Of a stretch of 64,000 nucleotides of DNA, positions 50,836-62,759 are shown in pieces. The stretch comes from Harriotta raleighana. Lineage: Eukaryota. Below the pieces are notes generated by a model. That model ran no database searches. It saw only the letters and a list, made by a program, of their open reading frames with translations, and had not been told where the DNA came from. Both the position numbers and the translations under genes were made by a program. The stretch covers positions 2,906,113 to 2,970,112 of the forward strand of contig JBNZDD010013718.1 in assembly GCA_050575255.1 (NCBI GenBank), in the 5' to 3' direction. Each line of letters begins with the position of its first letter. Within the stretch, counting starts at the first letter, position 1.

Positions 50836-53800
50836 GTGGACATTAAAGTAGAAAGAATGTATTCAGCCAATCCAGTTTGCAGTGGCTCTCAGAGCAAACC
50901 GCACTTTCAATCCAACAAAACTTTCAAGAGCTATGAGCGTGGGTCTGGGAGGTGAGACGGTTCAGTTTGCACTTATTTATCCAGTAATAAAGGGTGCAAA
51001 TCACAGCCTTTATTACCGGGTTTCTCCACACCACAGACTGAGCAAACAGCAGTACTTTGCAAACAACCCTCGATCTGCATCTGGCATCCCACTTTATTTA
51101 GGGAATGCTGCATGTTGTTTGAAGCTTTGCCTGTGGGTTCCACTCCAGATCCTTGATGGCGTACTTCTTCTCAATGTTATGACACTTTAGCGATTAGCCT
51201 CTCTGAAAGGTAAACGCATGGCTAGCTGTGTGATATGCTAAATGTCCCCGCAAGTAAGGATGACCAGATAATTCATGAGCAATAAAGTTGTATTTATGAT
51301 GCATATTTAAAAATGTAATCTTAAACAAATATTATATATTTTATGACCTCAATGAAGATATAAAATGTTTCCACGGATCCCAGGTTGTAAATGTGGTACA
51401 AACCCATTATTATATGTAAATCATTTAGCATGGGTCACTGTGCTGTACAAACTGCTCAGTAGTTTATCTTGTATTTCATTCAATCTACAATGCTGTAACT
51501 AGATGCATCTATCTACTGAATGTGACTGATTGATCAAGTGACTACTAGAAATACTACCAGAAATACTGGCTTTCACACCCAACCAGTGAAATTTTGCTTA
51601 TGTAAGTGAACAAGGCAATTGAGGAACAAAAAAAATTTGTTTGACGGCATCATTGACGAGAGTAGACATTATATTCAGTTCAAAGCCTGATGGAGACTAG
51701 ACAATGTGGAGAAGTCACCAAATTCCACAGTATTCCTCATTGCTGTGATCCTCTCTGTTGCTAAAACTGTCGCATAGTTACTTATTGCCGAACCCCTTAG
51801 TTTTTCATGGAATATAATGTGATGTTATTGACATGACTCCAGGTCTCTGAATGACTTTCCACAACTGGTGATAGACACTTACAGCCATTATCTACAAATT
51901 TACGTTTACACAGGGCCTTTCGCTTACACAGGATGCCCCAAAGCACTTGACACTGCTGGCTGGTGCACGAGCTGGGAGTGGAAGGGGCAAGATGACTAAA
52001 AGTGCAGTCAAAGAGGTTCTTCTTGAGGAAGACCTAAAATCAGGTGAGGAAGGAAACAAACCCTTTACCACTTCGTTGGGATCACTCTCGCATTCCTATT
52101 TCTCACATGAACTTTCTATGAAGCTCATGTCTTCTGAGGCTTCATTCCTGTTCGTGGCTTTAGCTCTCGCTGCAATTCTCTGTGAGAGCCTTGCTTGTTT
52201 AGAGATGTAGAGCCTCATTTCTCTTGGGGCGTTTTCCTGCAATCCCTTTTTCTACACCCGGAATATGCTGCTGGGTCTTGATGTATTGACTCACTTTGTT
52301 CTCATTCAACGAGATTTGCAACCGCACTTTGGTCTCTGAAGAATTCTGTGTTGGTCTTATGTTATAGTAGGCACAAGTTCCCTCTCTCCCAATGCTTGTT
52401 TCTCACAGTGATTTAGTTTGTTGCACTTGCATGTTGCAGCAATTTGCTGCAACACTTATTTGTTTTTTGTGTGGGGAAGAAGGGGGTGGCCTCACCCACG
52501 CTTTTATTCCTCAAAGACAATTGCCCTGATATTCCCAATTCTCACAACAATGCTTTCTTTCTGAACTCCAATACATTTACAATACGATTGCTGGGGACCA
52601 GAATACACCAGTGCGATTTACTAAAAGATGGTCTCTCACACGCTCACTCTCTTACACCCTTTTGTTGTTGTAAATATACTGTACCTGTTAAAATTTCTGT
52701 TGATATTGTCCAGATTTCCCACACAGTTTGGTAAAGAGTGTGCATGCATTCTATGCCAAGTAGTGGATCTGAATTATCTGTTCACATTTTCCCTCATAAA
52801 TTATGGCTTCTTGATTATGTATCAGACATTGGAGTCCAGTTCCTCACTCTGCTCTTTAGAATCGGGAAAATTATCTTTCTCGAGTGAACACATTCCCAAT
52901 TTTCCAGTCTTATCATTTAAAGTGCCCAATCCCAAATATGATTTGGTCAGCAGTCACTCACTAAATGCTGGAATACAAATTTAAGAATGAATTTTCTTAG
53001 CATTTCAGAGCTTGTCGAATTTGCCGAGTTGTTAAATTCACTCTTAACTTTGAAGCTGTTCTTTCCACATTTCTTCAAAGAAACTCACACAAAAAAAAAT
53101 CAGTTTTGAAATTAAGAGGCTCCTTTTAAGATTTTACCCAATTTCAGGCAACTCTGAAATAACTCTTAATGCTTGGATTTAAATTAGAAACATATCACAT
53201 TGTCAAGATGTTTCAAGGCACTTCACAGGATCTTACTGTGAAGTACAATTGCAGTGTCTGCATAGACTGAGTAAATCTAGATCCAGGTGACATTTCTGTT
53301 TGCAGAATGCAGGATATTAAACATGAATGAGGGTCCACTAATGACCCCATTTACATTTTCTTTAATTTACCATATATAAATTACATTTCAGTGTCTTGTT
53401 TACCCTTCAGTTTATATTATGCTGCATCCCACAGTTATGAGTTTTTAATTTCCTGGTTTAGTAAAACTGTTCTGTTCTCTGGCTTACCTTGTTTGAAGTT
53501 GGGGTAACATCTAATGTTCGAATAAATTACACGCTAATAAATAAATTAATACCTCCCATTAGAAAGAATTCAAACTCATTTAAACTCACAGCAATATTTA
53601 ATTATACAGTTGAATACAAATTGAATGTGATTATTGTGCGAATCAGCCAGGTGTAATCATGCTATATTAAGACTCTTGTCTTCGTTCACTCTAAATACAG
53701 TTTATATTATTTATGTTGTGCAATGAAGAAAAAGAACAGGATACAAAATGGATGATCTTATGGCGATTTAGTGCAGTGTGTATGGGTGAATCAAAGTTCT

Positions 53801-54739
53801 TTTGTTGCCAAGAATCCATTACGAACCATGATCGATTCGTAAAATATTCCTCTTTGTAACTGTAAGCAATTGAATCATGGAAGATGATTAATGCTCAGTC
53901 ATTTACAGACAAGATAACACCTGACCCAAGTGAAATTTCTGACCCAAAGGATGGCATTCCGACATACCAATCTTTGCTTCTTTGTAATGATGTGTCCAGT
54001 TTACATTGTGCCTGCCATGGGCCAATGAAAGGTTTCATAGCCCTATGAAAGCTTTCAGCTTTAACATCAACGTCAACTTCAGATGCAACTCTTCAAAAGA
54101 TGCCCACTGTCAGTGGTGTCATCATCAAGCTACCAGACTAGCACACCGTTAAATGATACACTGATGAAGGATAAACTGCAGACTCACTCGCAATTGAATT
54201 TCCCAGATCCCAATTTCATGTCACTTTAGCTTCAGAAATATCACAAGTAGTTAGTGATGCTCTCCTGACGTGAAAGACACTATAGAAGTGTAATTTTGTT
54301 GTTATTGTTGTTGCTATTGTTGAAGTTGTTTTGGGATGAAATAAGATGCATAGAACCATAGGAATTACAGCACAGAAATAAGACACTCTGCCCAATGAAA
54401 CTATATTAGTGTTAACTCCTTTGCAGGATCTCAATCTGCACTCAAATCACACTTCCCTCCCTCCTCATTTCCTGTATCTTCATATGTTCTTGATTATTGG
54501 TGACAAATCAGCCAGCTTGGTTTGTATGCAGCGCTTTTGGACGTCCTCCCGACGTGAAAGGCGCTATACAAGTGTAATTTTGTTGTTTGTTGTTGTTGTT
54601 GTTGTTGTATACGGGATTGGAGGTGGACAGACCAGTCACTGAAAACACACCCCAAAAAATCTTTACAGGGCAGTTTGTGATGCATCAGTGACTTTGATGT
54701 TGGTGGTGAATCGATTAGTGGATCGCTTTCTGGGAGTAA

Positions 54740-54935
54740 TAATCCCTTAAAAAATAAACAATAATAATAATTTCACTTAAATCCACGACTCTTTGGAGGA
54801 CACTTCTGTGCGCAATTGGCTACCGCGTTTTATGTTCAAAATCCACAGTCACTCCCCTTTATAGTAAATCTGTGAAGCGCTTTCAGATGTCTTGATGACA
54901 TGATTAGGCTCGATAACAAATCCAGGATTATTTAT
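54740..54935 (+). mobile_element. DeuSINE 3' part; nearby tail-only pieces at about 54260-54325 and 54525-54610
   Basis: ggacacttctgtgcgcaattggctaccgcg; cctcccgacgtgaaaggcgctatacaagtgtaattttgttg(ttg)n. Confidence 0.8.
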
Positions 54936-55679
54936 GTTCTAAATGCTGTGCACTAGGCTTATGCAACACCAACTACCTAATCCAGGACCTTGCTGAAGAG
55001 ACTTGGCTTGAAGTCACGTCCACTTCGGGGGGCTGCACAATAGGTCAGTGCAGGACAGAGCCTTCGTCTTCCTGCAGCCACTTTCCCTTTTTTAACCATA
55101 AATCCACCTCAACACTTGGAAAAACCAATCTGTACTTTGGAAATCGGCTGAAGGAAACCCCTCTACCGCAGGCCCAGCAACTTAGAATAATTGAGGCGCA
55201 CTGTTTGGACACATGGCAGAATCGAGGCATTGTGGACATTGCTGAAGGATGCCTATTCTGATTTCCGAACTTGTTGAGCTGTCACAATGCCAGAGCCCCT
55301 CAATTGCAGCCTTGCAACTTATTCCCAGGTATCCATCATTTCACTCCATAAGAAGTATTAACGTCTTACAGACGGTAGAGCTGGGGAGGAAACACATTAC
55401 TTTCTGACAGCCGTTTCAATGGATGCAAGTTCAATGTTCCAGCCTTTGTATGCCGGGCTTACAGTTGTGTCAAACAATAATCAAACGCCGTGTGTGGTAA
55501 AGAGCAATGCTGCTGGATTCCGACTTCTTATGCCAACATTGCGAAACAGAGGATTAGTTGTCATGGCAACTAAAAAAAGAAAGTCGTAGTACTTTAAGCT
55601 GAGAACAGCTGAGAATGATTGGCAGGTCAATCCCTTTTGACTGACAGCTGGAGAGGAATGAGTGAGCTTGAACATACCG

Positions 55680-56221
55680 AGCACTTGCGAAGAGTTCTTG
55701 ACAGGTTCAAGTATTCGAATATTCGGCTGCTCTTTTCTGAACCTGGAGGTTTCCGAACCAAGCGCACAAACAGTGTGGAGAGCATGGCTCGGAATTGCAC
55801 TTTGACAAGTGCTTCTCGGTAAAGCCTAGCCTCACCTTAAAGGCGACACTTGCGATGTCTTGCAATTCTGACCTTTGTCAACCTAAGATAGCCGATAGTG
55901 CATTTTAAACACGCCCATGCCGTTTTTCTCTCCCGCATTTTGATCGACCCAGTATATCGAGTGACCTTGGAGCCTGCGTTGTAACCATCGCAGCTCAATG
56001 TAATGGAGAGGTCCAAGAAGTGAAACAATGTACTGTACTGTACATTACATGTAGAATAATGGAGAGAAGGGAATGATTACATGGCTGTAATCTAACCAAA
56101 GGGTTCAGATGGCATCGTAAACTGCGAGAGCCGAGCGCACACAGCTTTGGAAAGTCATCTGAAACCCAAGATTAGATTACAGCGTTAAAACTATTCCCTT
56201 CTATCTGCTATTTATAATGTA
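55680..56221 (-). mobile_element. Putative Crypton/Eulor-like relic: 180-bp imperfect palindrome plus decayed coding fragment
   Basis: Hairpin 56041-56221 with loop GCGAGAGCCGAG and arm end TTATAAATAGC; adjacent minus-strand peptides ERKTAW..VFK and LSTLFVRLVRKPPG. Confidence 0.5.
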
Positions 56222-57189
56222 AAGTAGACATTTTTACATTTACTTGCCGTTGGTGATTCTCCCTGAATTTGCTGTGGTACTGGTTCAGTGTGAAGCAAAA
56301 AGAACCAACCTGTAGCATTTGTTAAATGACTGTATCGCAGCGCGACTTATCTCTCACAATTGGTGATAGTGATTAAAACTTAGGCGGTTGTGCTGTGGTT
56401 AAAATACTGTTTATATGCTGTGGTATTTGATGCACTGATTCTCTTGTTCCTTGTGGGATTGGGAGATATGCTGACAGCTGACAGAAGTGCTACATTACAT
56501 TCTCATAAGGGTATTAAAAGTGTTTGGACAGAATTCCCATGGTGGCCTAGTGGGTAAAGGCACCACATGATCAGCAGTAAAACCATTTAGACCAGAAGGA
56601 CATGCATAATGTCCAGCCTTTTGCTGAAGTAGCACAACAGTCGGAGCGCCATAATTAGCTTTGGGTATCTGTGTTCGACTGAGTTTGGTGGAAACCTGCA
56701 ATTAACAACAACAACCTGTATTTATGTCACACCCTTCACGCCAGATAGCATCTCGGAGCCCTGCATTCTACTGTAAACAGATTCAACACCATTTCCCCAT
56801 TGATTCACAACTGGACCTCCGCAATTCAGCCTTTGCTCCTTTTGCTCTGTTGTAGAAGGGCCATTCAATGTGTAGGTTTTGCCCCTGTATCATTTCCAAA
56901 AGGAGTTGTTACAGTGCAGAAGTGGCTATCACATAGTCAAGAGCAGCCGCCTTCTGATCTTGCTGGAGAGCAAACAGCGTTGTAAAGATAAAGAGATGAA
57001 AGCAAAGTAGACAACACGGATTTCCCGATTTTCATTCATATTGAGTGTGTCAAAGCGTTTGAAAGATATAACAATGAGCAGGGAATAGGGAGGTTTGAAT
57101 TTGCTGACTAAAGGACAATCAAGGAAATATAAATGTAGTATTTTTTAAAAAAAGACAGGGAGGAAATAAGATAAAGATTTGTTGGGACT

Positions 57190-57365
57190 GAGTTCCAGGG
57201 GACAAAGTGGCTGAAGGAAGGGAGCGAGCAACAGACCAGACTCCGAGGAGCAGAGAGTCCAACGAGAAGAGTAGAGGTGGAGGGGATTATACAAGAAGAC
57301 TGCTGCAGATTGACTGAGAGCAGCAATGCGAGGCTGATGGAGATGCAGAAGGCAACGCAAAGGGC
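57190..57365 (-). mobile_element. L2-like LINE fragment
   Basis: Purine-rich gagttccag...ctgaagga...gaggagcagagag pattern (antisense WNS.P / AFS) like 62500-62700. Confidence 0.55.
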
Positions 57366-57429
57366 ACTCTAAATTCTTCACTTGGAAACTTCAGCTTGAT
57401 ATAGCTTTCTTGCCTTGTTCAATAAATAG

Positions 57430-58060
57430 TGTTTCAAGAAGCTGATTCTTGAAGATTTAGTTCTTGAATTAAGAGTGGATTTAAAGAGTGAATCAAACCT
57501 AGCTGCACTCAAAGGCTATGTCCTTGGTACTTTTCATCCCATTTAGGAGATAAGGAGGCATCAACCAGCCTGTCATGTGTGATGATATTAATCAGTTTAC
57601 CGCTCAGTTGGTTGAGCAGGACCTCCTATCTCTCTCTCTCTCTCCCTCTTTCTCTGATCTAGGAACCACAAGTCAAAACGCAATTTTTATAATTTTCCCT
57701 TTTTCCCCGAGGTTCCAGCTGCAACGGATTGCACTTGTAAGAGGCACCTGCCCCTTCGCTGAACGAAATTGCTTTCCACGAGACAGGAAAGGTTTTCATT
57801 ACATGAACATCCAGTGGTTATTTTTTTGTGATGCTAAGAATAACATAACACATTTGCTTTCTTCTTATCCAGGGTGATAGCGGGTGACAGTGGTGTTATA
57901 CTGAAATCCTGGCTTATGTCTCCATTTTCGCATCCATAAATCCTGAGATGTAATGAGGTTCGCTGGGCGACATGCAGCCTAATAGAGAGGACCTTTGGCA
58001 TGTTGAAGATGCACTTTAGATGCCCGAACATACCGTACCGCATTCCTACTCACTCTGAGA
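57430..58060 (+). pseudogene. Decayed PIF/Harbinger DDE transposase (HARBI1-like)
   Basis: Motifs in the correct order across broken frames: GTF..GINQ, FPEVPAATDCT, RKGFHYMNIQ..CDA...YPG, GDSG..LKSWLMSP, IERTFGMLKMHFRC; stops, frameshifts and a (TC)n insertion. Confidence 0.85.
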
Positions 58061-60440
58061 ATATGACACAAGTTCCGAAGGCCATATTAAATGTTTTCAG
58101 ATAAGGGAGTGTGGAGTTCGGCAGGCAAGGCTGTGGTTCAGTGTGCTCCTGACAAAGGTCTCAAGACAATTGTTGGAGAGTGTGACTTAGTAACGCCCCT
58201 CCATTTTCTGTTAGCGATTTTTAAAATAAATATTTTCAAGGCGTGAGACAAAGAGGCCATTCTTTGTACTGATATTGTTTTTATATATCCTTAATCTTGA
58301 TAGACTTTGATAGGTTCACATTGCTTCTCTGGGCAACTAAACCGATGTCTTGGCAGTCACCTCATTATTCCCCTACATCCTGTAGCCTTTGACGCCACAG
58401 GATAAACATCACCAGCATTTTGAGCTGAGGTCTCGCTTGCTTTCTATGATCAAACTTGAAGTAACTGTCATGAAAAAGCACCGTGACTGCTGACCTTGAC
58501 TGGTGATAAGGAGAGCAATCTCTGTGTAGATGATACTTCCCCCATTTGGTTTGGGAATGAACTGATTTATTCTGCCCAGACCCCACCGCATGTTAAAAAT
58601 ATTGCTCCTAAACCGTCACTTGTCTAGTGTGAATCTCCTCAAATAGGCACCAAACCCAGCCAGCACTGGGTATCAAGCTACAGTGGCTTTCAGTCTGTGC
58701 CCAAAAGGAAAACAAATGCTTTCCTGAATCTGAAAGATGAGCTTTGGTTACATATTTTACAGCCACATAGAGATCTCTGGCTGGTCACATTTGAGCAAAA
58801 TAAAGAACAAAACAAAACTTTGCTTTCGATGACATAGCTCATTTCAGGAGCAAGTGGACTTCAGTTTCCAATAAAAAGGGTAAAACAGTCGTGCGATAGT
58901 CACTGCTGCAAGAGGCTAACTAAGATAATTTCAGCGATTGGTCCAGTGCATTTTTTTGTTAGCTTTGAGCAGTTTCCTTTGTATGCCTGTGAATCTCATT
59001 GAAAAGAACAGTGTATCCTTCCCCCTCCACCCCCCCCCCCTTCCCTCTCCTTGTGACCCAGGAAGGTGGCATTGACCTTTGGTGTAATTTGCTCTAAGGG
59101 TCTTTTTGCCATCGTGTTTGAGGCCCTTTGTTCCCGAGAACCTCTTAATCAGGGGGTCAACTTTGTCGTGAAAATGTGCTCTGCATTGCCTTTCTCCACA
59201 GTACCTGCCATGTTGGACTGTTGCCAGTGGAGCAAATTGCGTGGGGAATATTTAAATAAGTCCCGTGGATCATTAGTGTGTAATTCCGCATGCTGAACAC
59301 GGGATTCACATTTCTGACTTGATTGGGCAACACTAATCTGCACTGGAGATGTTTGCTATTTCGGATGTGAAAATAGCATTTTTGAAGTTAAAAGTATCGT
59401 GCGTCTGGAGGCTTGTAGTGGTGCCAAATTGGGCAACATCTCCACCCAATGAAGCTTGGCAACCGGAATGCAAAAACCCACTGGGGTTCAGTTGGTAAAC
59501 ATGCCTTTGACAATTTGCTCTAAATTGTAATCTCTTGTAGTTTCCTACCACCCACCCACCCACCCACCTCCTACCCCCATCCCAGCTGCCTCCATCACCC
59601 CAACTCAATCTGCTGTCTGGCTGAAATTAAAAGTCCTTAAATGCAGCCTTGACGGATTTTGTGATTATTTGCGTTCTGTGGAACTTGGTATGCGTTGTCA
59701 AAGGGTGGTTCACCTTCCCACAATATGTACCATCTCTCAACCTCAAAACCCCAACCTCCAAAACCCAATCTCTATTTAAATGTCATATCTATGCTTCATT
59801 GGAAAAAGTTACCAGTGTTTCTTTTTAATAGAATCACTTTGACCAAATGGCTCGCAAATGCCTGACGTAAGCAAGAGGAGGAAGAGCTGGTATATTCTCT
59901 GGCAGACATAGTCTTAAGTGCATCAACTGAACAGAACACTTTAGTACCTATCAGTCCATAGTTACCAGTGAATTTTTATTCATTCAAGCACTGATTGGCT
60001 GAATGTCAGTTTCAATTACTTACATGGTAACTCACTCCATAACTGGTTGTTTTGGAATCAGTGAATATTAGATATCAGGGATTATTCATTTTGAGAAATC
60101 AATTACTGAATGTGATCACAGGGAAAGAGTGTGGTGGGTAACTTTAAAACCATTCAGCAATGGTATTTTAAAAAACAGAATTATCTGCAAGTTAGTTTTC
60201 TTTATGTCTTTTTAGCTTTAATAAAGTACAATTCAAAGAGTTCATTTTCTTCTCTGATAATATACTGCGCTAGACTTGTACGCAGCTATAAAGTGTTGAA
60301 AAGTGTTAAATGTTTAAGCTAACATTTAAAATGTTAGCTTAAATGTGTAAGTCAAATACATTAAATACTGAAAAGAAATACAGAATGAAATACAAAATGA
60401 AATGTATTTTTATCAGTCAAACAAGTGCTTGCACAACGCA

Positions 60441-60457
60441 GGCAGCAGAGGGCAGTA
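60441..60457 (+). promoter_or_regulatory. CTCF-like site
   Basis: GGCAGCAGAGGGCAGTA closely matches the CTCF core (CCAGCAGAGGGCRS) in non-repeat AT-rich DNA. Confidence 0.55.
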
Positions 60458-61599
60458 AAGCCACATGTTAGAGACATTTCAGGCATTTCTGTTGGCCCAA
60501 CCACTTCACATTTACAAATTGTCCAAATGAAATCCAAACATTGTTTTTAATCCATTAACTAATTCACCCTTTGTCCATCCATTAAATTTAAAAAAAAAAA
60601 AATTCTGGTAAAGAAGCAGGAATAAAAAGTTCCTTACAGCTGACTTGTTGCATGTGAAGTCCAAAGAAAGTGTTTAACCTTTGAGAAGATTGAAATATCT
60701 TTGAAAAAAATGTCTTTGGGAGACTTGTATCGTGGCACATTTCTATTCTGCCACCAATTTCCTTTACCTCATTTCTAGGGAAACAGCCGATGCACGATTC
60801 CTCTCTTTTTTATTATTAATAACAATAATAATAATAATAATAATTGCATTTGATATTGGCGCCTTTGACACCAAATAGAGCTTTGCAGGTTGTGTAATGA
60901 AGCGAGTGACTGCATATTTTGTAGGCCAATGCCTAACTTCTCTTTCTCCGTCGACTGATTGTCATATAAAAACAATATTGTGATGATGTGTGGCAGCCAG
61001 AACATCTAAAGAATCTTGGCTTTTCTATCTTCTATATCTCCTGCTGCCAGGAGACATGCTCAGCAGAACTGGACACTTCTCTGTCACTTAGCTAATAAGC
61101 AACAAAACCAACCCTGTGGCACATATCATCTGTGCCAGAGTGTGTGTGTGTGTGTATATGTTTTTAAACCACTTTTTCTAAGTGCACAACTGTCGTACAA
61201 CATGCCGGGAATTGAACCCACTGATTACATGCGAGCGAGCTGGGATGTTGGCATCTATTAAGATTCAGACCCATGGCCATAGAGGTCTGAAGCACTCTTC
61301 AAAAGGCACTTAACCTAAAATAGTCCTTGTTCAATCCTATCCAGGACAATCGAGGCATTTCTGTGGAATCAGTTAGTACTTTATAAGACACCCTTGTTTT
61401 CTAGCTCAGCTGTTTCCATTTGTGTTTACATCAATAAACAAGAGTGGTGAATTTGCGGATGAAAATCTTCGAGGGTATTTTTGTCGTAAATTGAATAGTC
61501 ATTAGCAGTGACAAAAAACAGATGTGGCTTTGTTAAATGTAACTGTTTGGTTTATTGCTTTACTCTGTCTCCAGGCTTCTCCCCTTTGCTCAAGGTGCT

Positions 61600-61900
61600 C
61601 ACTTCACTCACGTCGGGGTACAGGTCACCAGGCAATGACTTTCATTGCTCTGACAAAGTGAATGTGTTTCAAGTTGCAGAGTCCAATCAATGAGTGTCAG
61701 TAGGCTTGGCAATGACAAGGGTGTCACAGCTTGTTCCCGTCCAGATCAGTATAATTTCCAGGAGGACTATCTCACCCAGTAGATCTCTGGAGCAGGAAAC
61801 TTGCCTTGCACAAGAGCATGGAAGCCAATTTCAGCTCTCCAACCAAGATAGGCTTACTCAGCACAAACTAGGGATCAAACCTGCAATCTTCTGGACCATA
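61600..61900 (-). mobile_element. Old tRNA-SINE of a different (non-Deu) family
   Basis: gggatcaaacctg reversed B box; tgagtgtcagtaggct...tcacagc...ggagcaggaa; possibly related pieces near 9460-9700 and 50330-50530. Confidence 0.5.
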
Positions 61901-62324
61901 GGATTTGGCTTCACACTGAATGTTGGTGTTGACATGTATTCCATGCTATAAAATTCTTCATTTTAAAGTACCTGTATGATGAAATGATCCATTTGACTAC
62001 TACCCCCCTCAACACATCTGATATTTAGCGTTCTACTAACAAATAGAGATTATAAGAATGAATGAATGAAACAGTGATAACATTGTGAGGAATCATTTTT
62101 TTTAATAAAGCTTTCTTAAAAACTTTTTGGTCTTCTGCAGCAACATTCACAAATCCCACCCCTTTCCCAACTGTCTAGCTACTAAAAGAGCTATTCATAT
62201 CACTTGTTTCTGCCAACATGCACTTTTCTGTATAGCTTGGTTGCATTCAGCATCTCATCCATCCCTCACAGTGTCTCTCTGGACACAGTTATCAGTACTG
62301 TTCAGCCTTGTCGAGAACAATAAC

Positions 62325-62735
62325 AACAACATTACAATTACAGAGCACCTTTCATGGCGGGAGTACTAGATGCTGAACAGTTAGAGGTCGGGACCCGAGC
62401 ATAGGGGAGGGGCAGGCTTTGTGGGGAGGGGAGGGAGAGAGGTGGGAGGGCAGTTGAAGGCACAATCGAAAAGGAGGGTCCTGAGACTAACTGTGAATGA
62501 GGCAAGGGAGTAAGCGAGGCGAAGGGACCGTCGGATGGAGTTCCAGCGTGTGGGGGAAGAATAGCTGAAAGCCCAGCCACCTATGGTAAGGCGGGTCAGG
62601 TGGGAGACATGGAGCAGACTGGAGCCAGTTGAATGGAGGAGTTGGGCAAATTGGTAGGGACTCAACAAGTCAGAGAGATAGGAATGGACAAGGCCATGGA
62701 TGGCCTTGAAAGTGAGGACAAGGATAGCACTTGGA
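62325..62735 (-). mobile_element. L2 LINE 3' end
   Basis: ILVLTFKAIHGL..SYLSDLL...GGWAFSYSSPTRWNS...LRTLLFDCAF plus tail tgaaaggtgctctgtaattgtaatgttgttgtt. Confidence 0.92.
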
Positions 62736-62759
62736 AGTGCTATCATTGCTTGATTTTTT

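Noticed and set aside
55619-55822. Gypsy RT-like peptide EHTEHLRRVLDRF
   Set aside because: Isolated 13-residue resemblance with no YxDD upstream and no LTR context; the opposite-strand Crypton reading fits the neighbouring hairpin better
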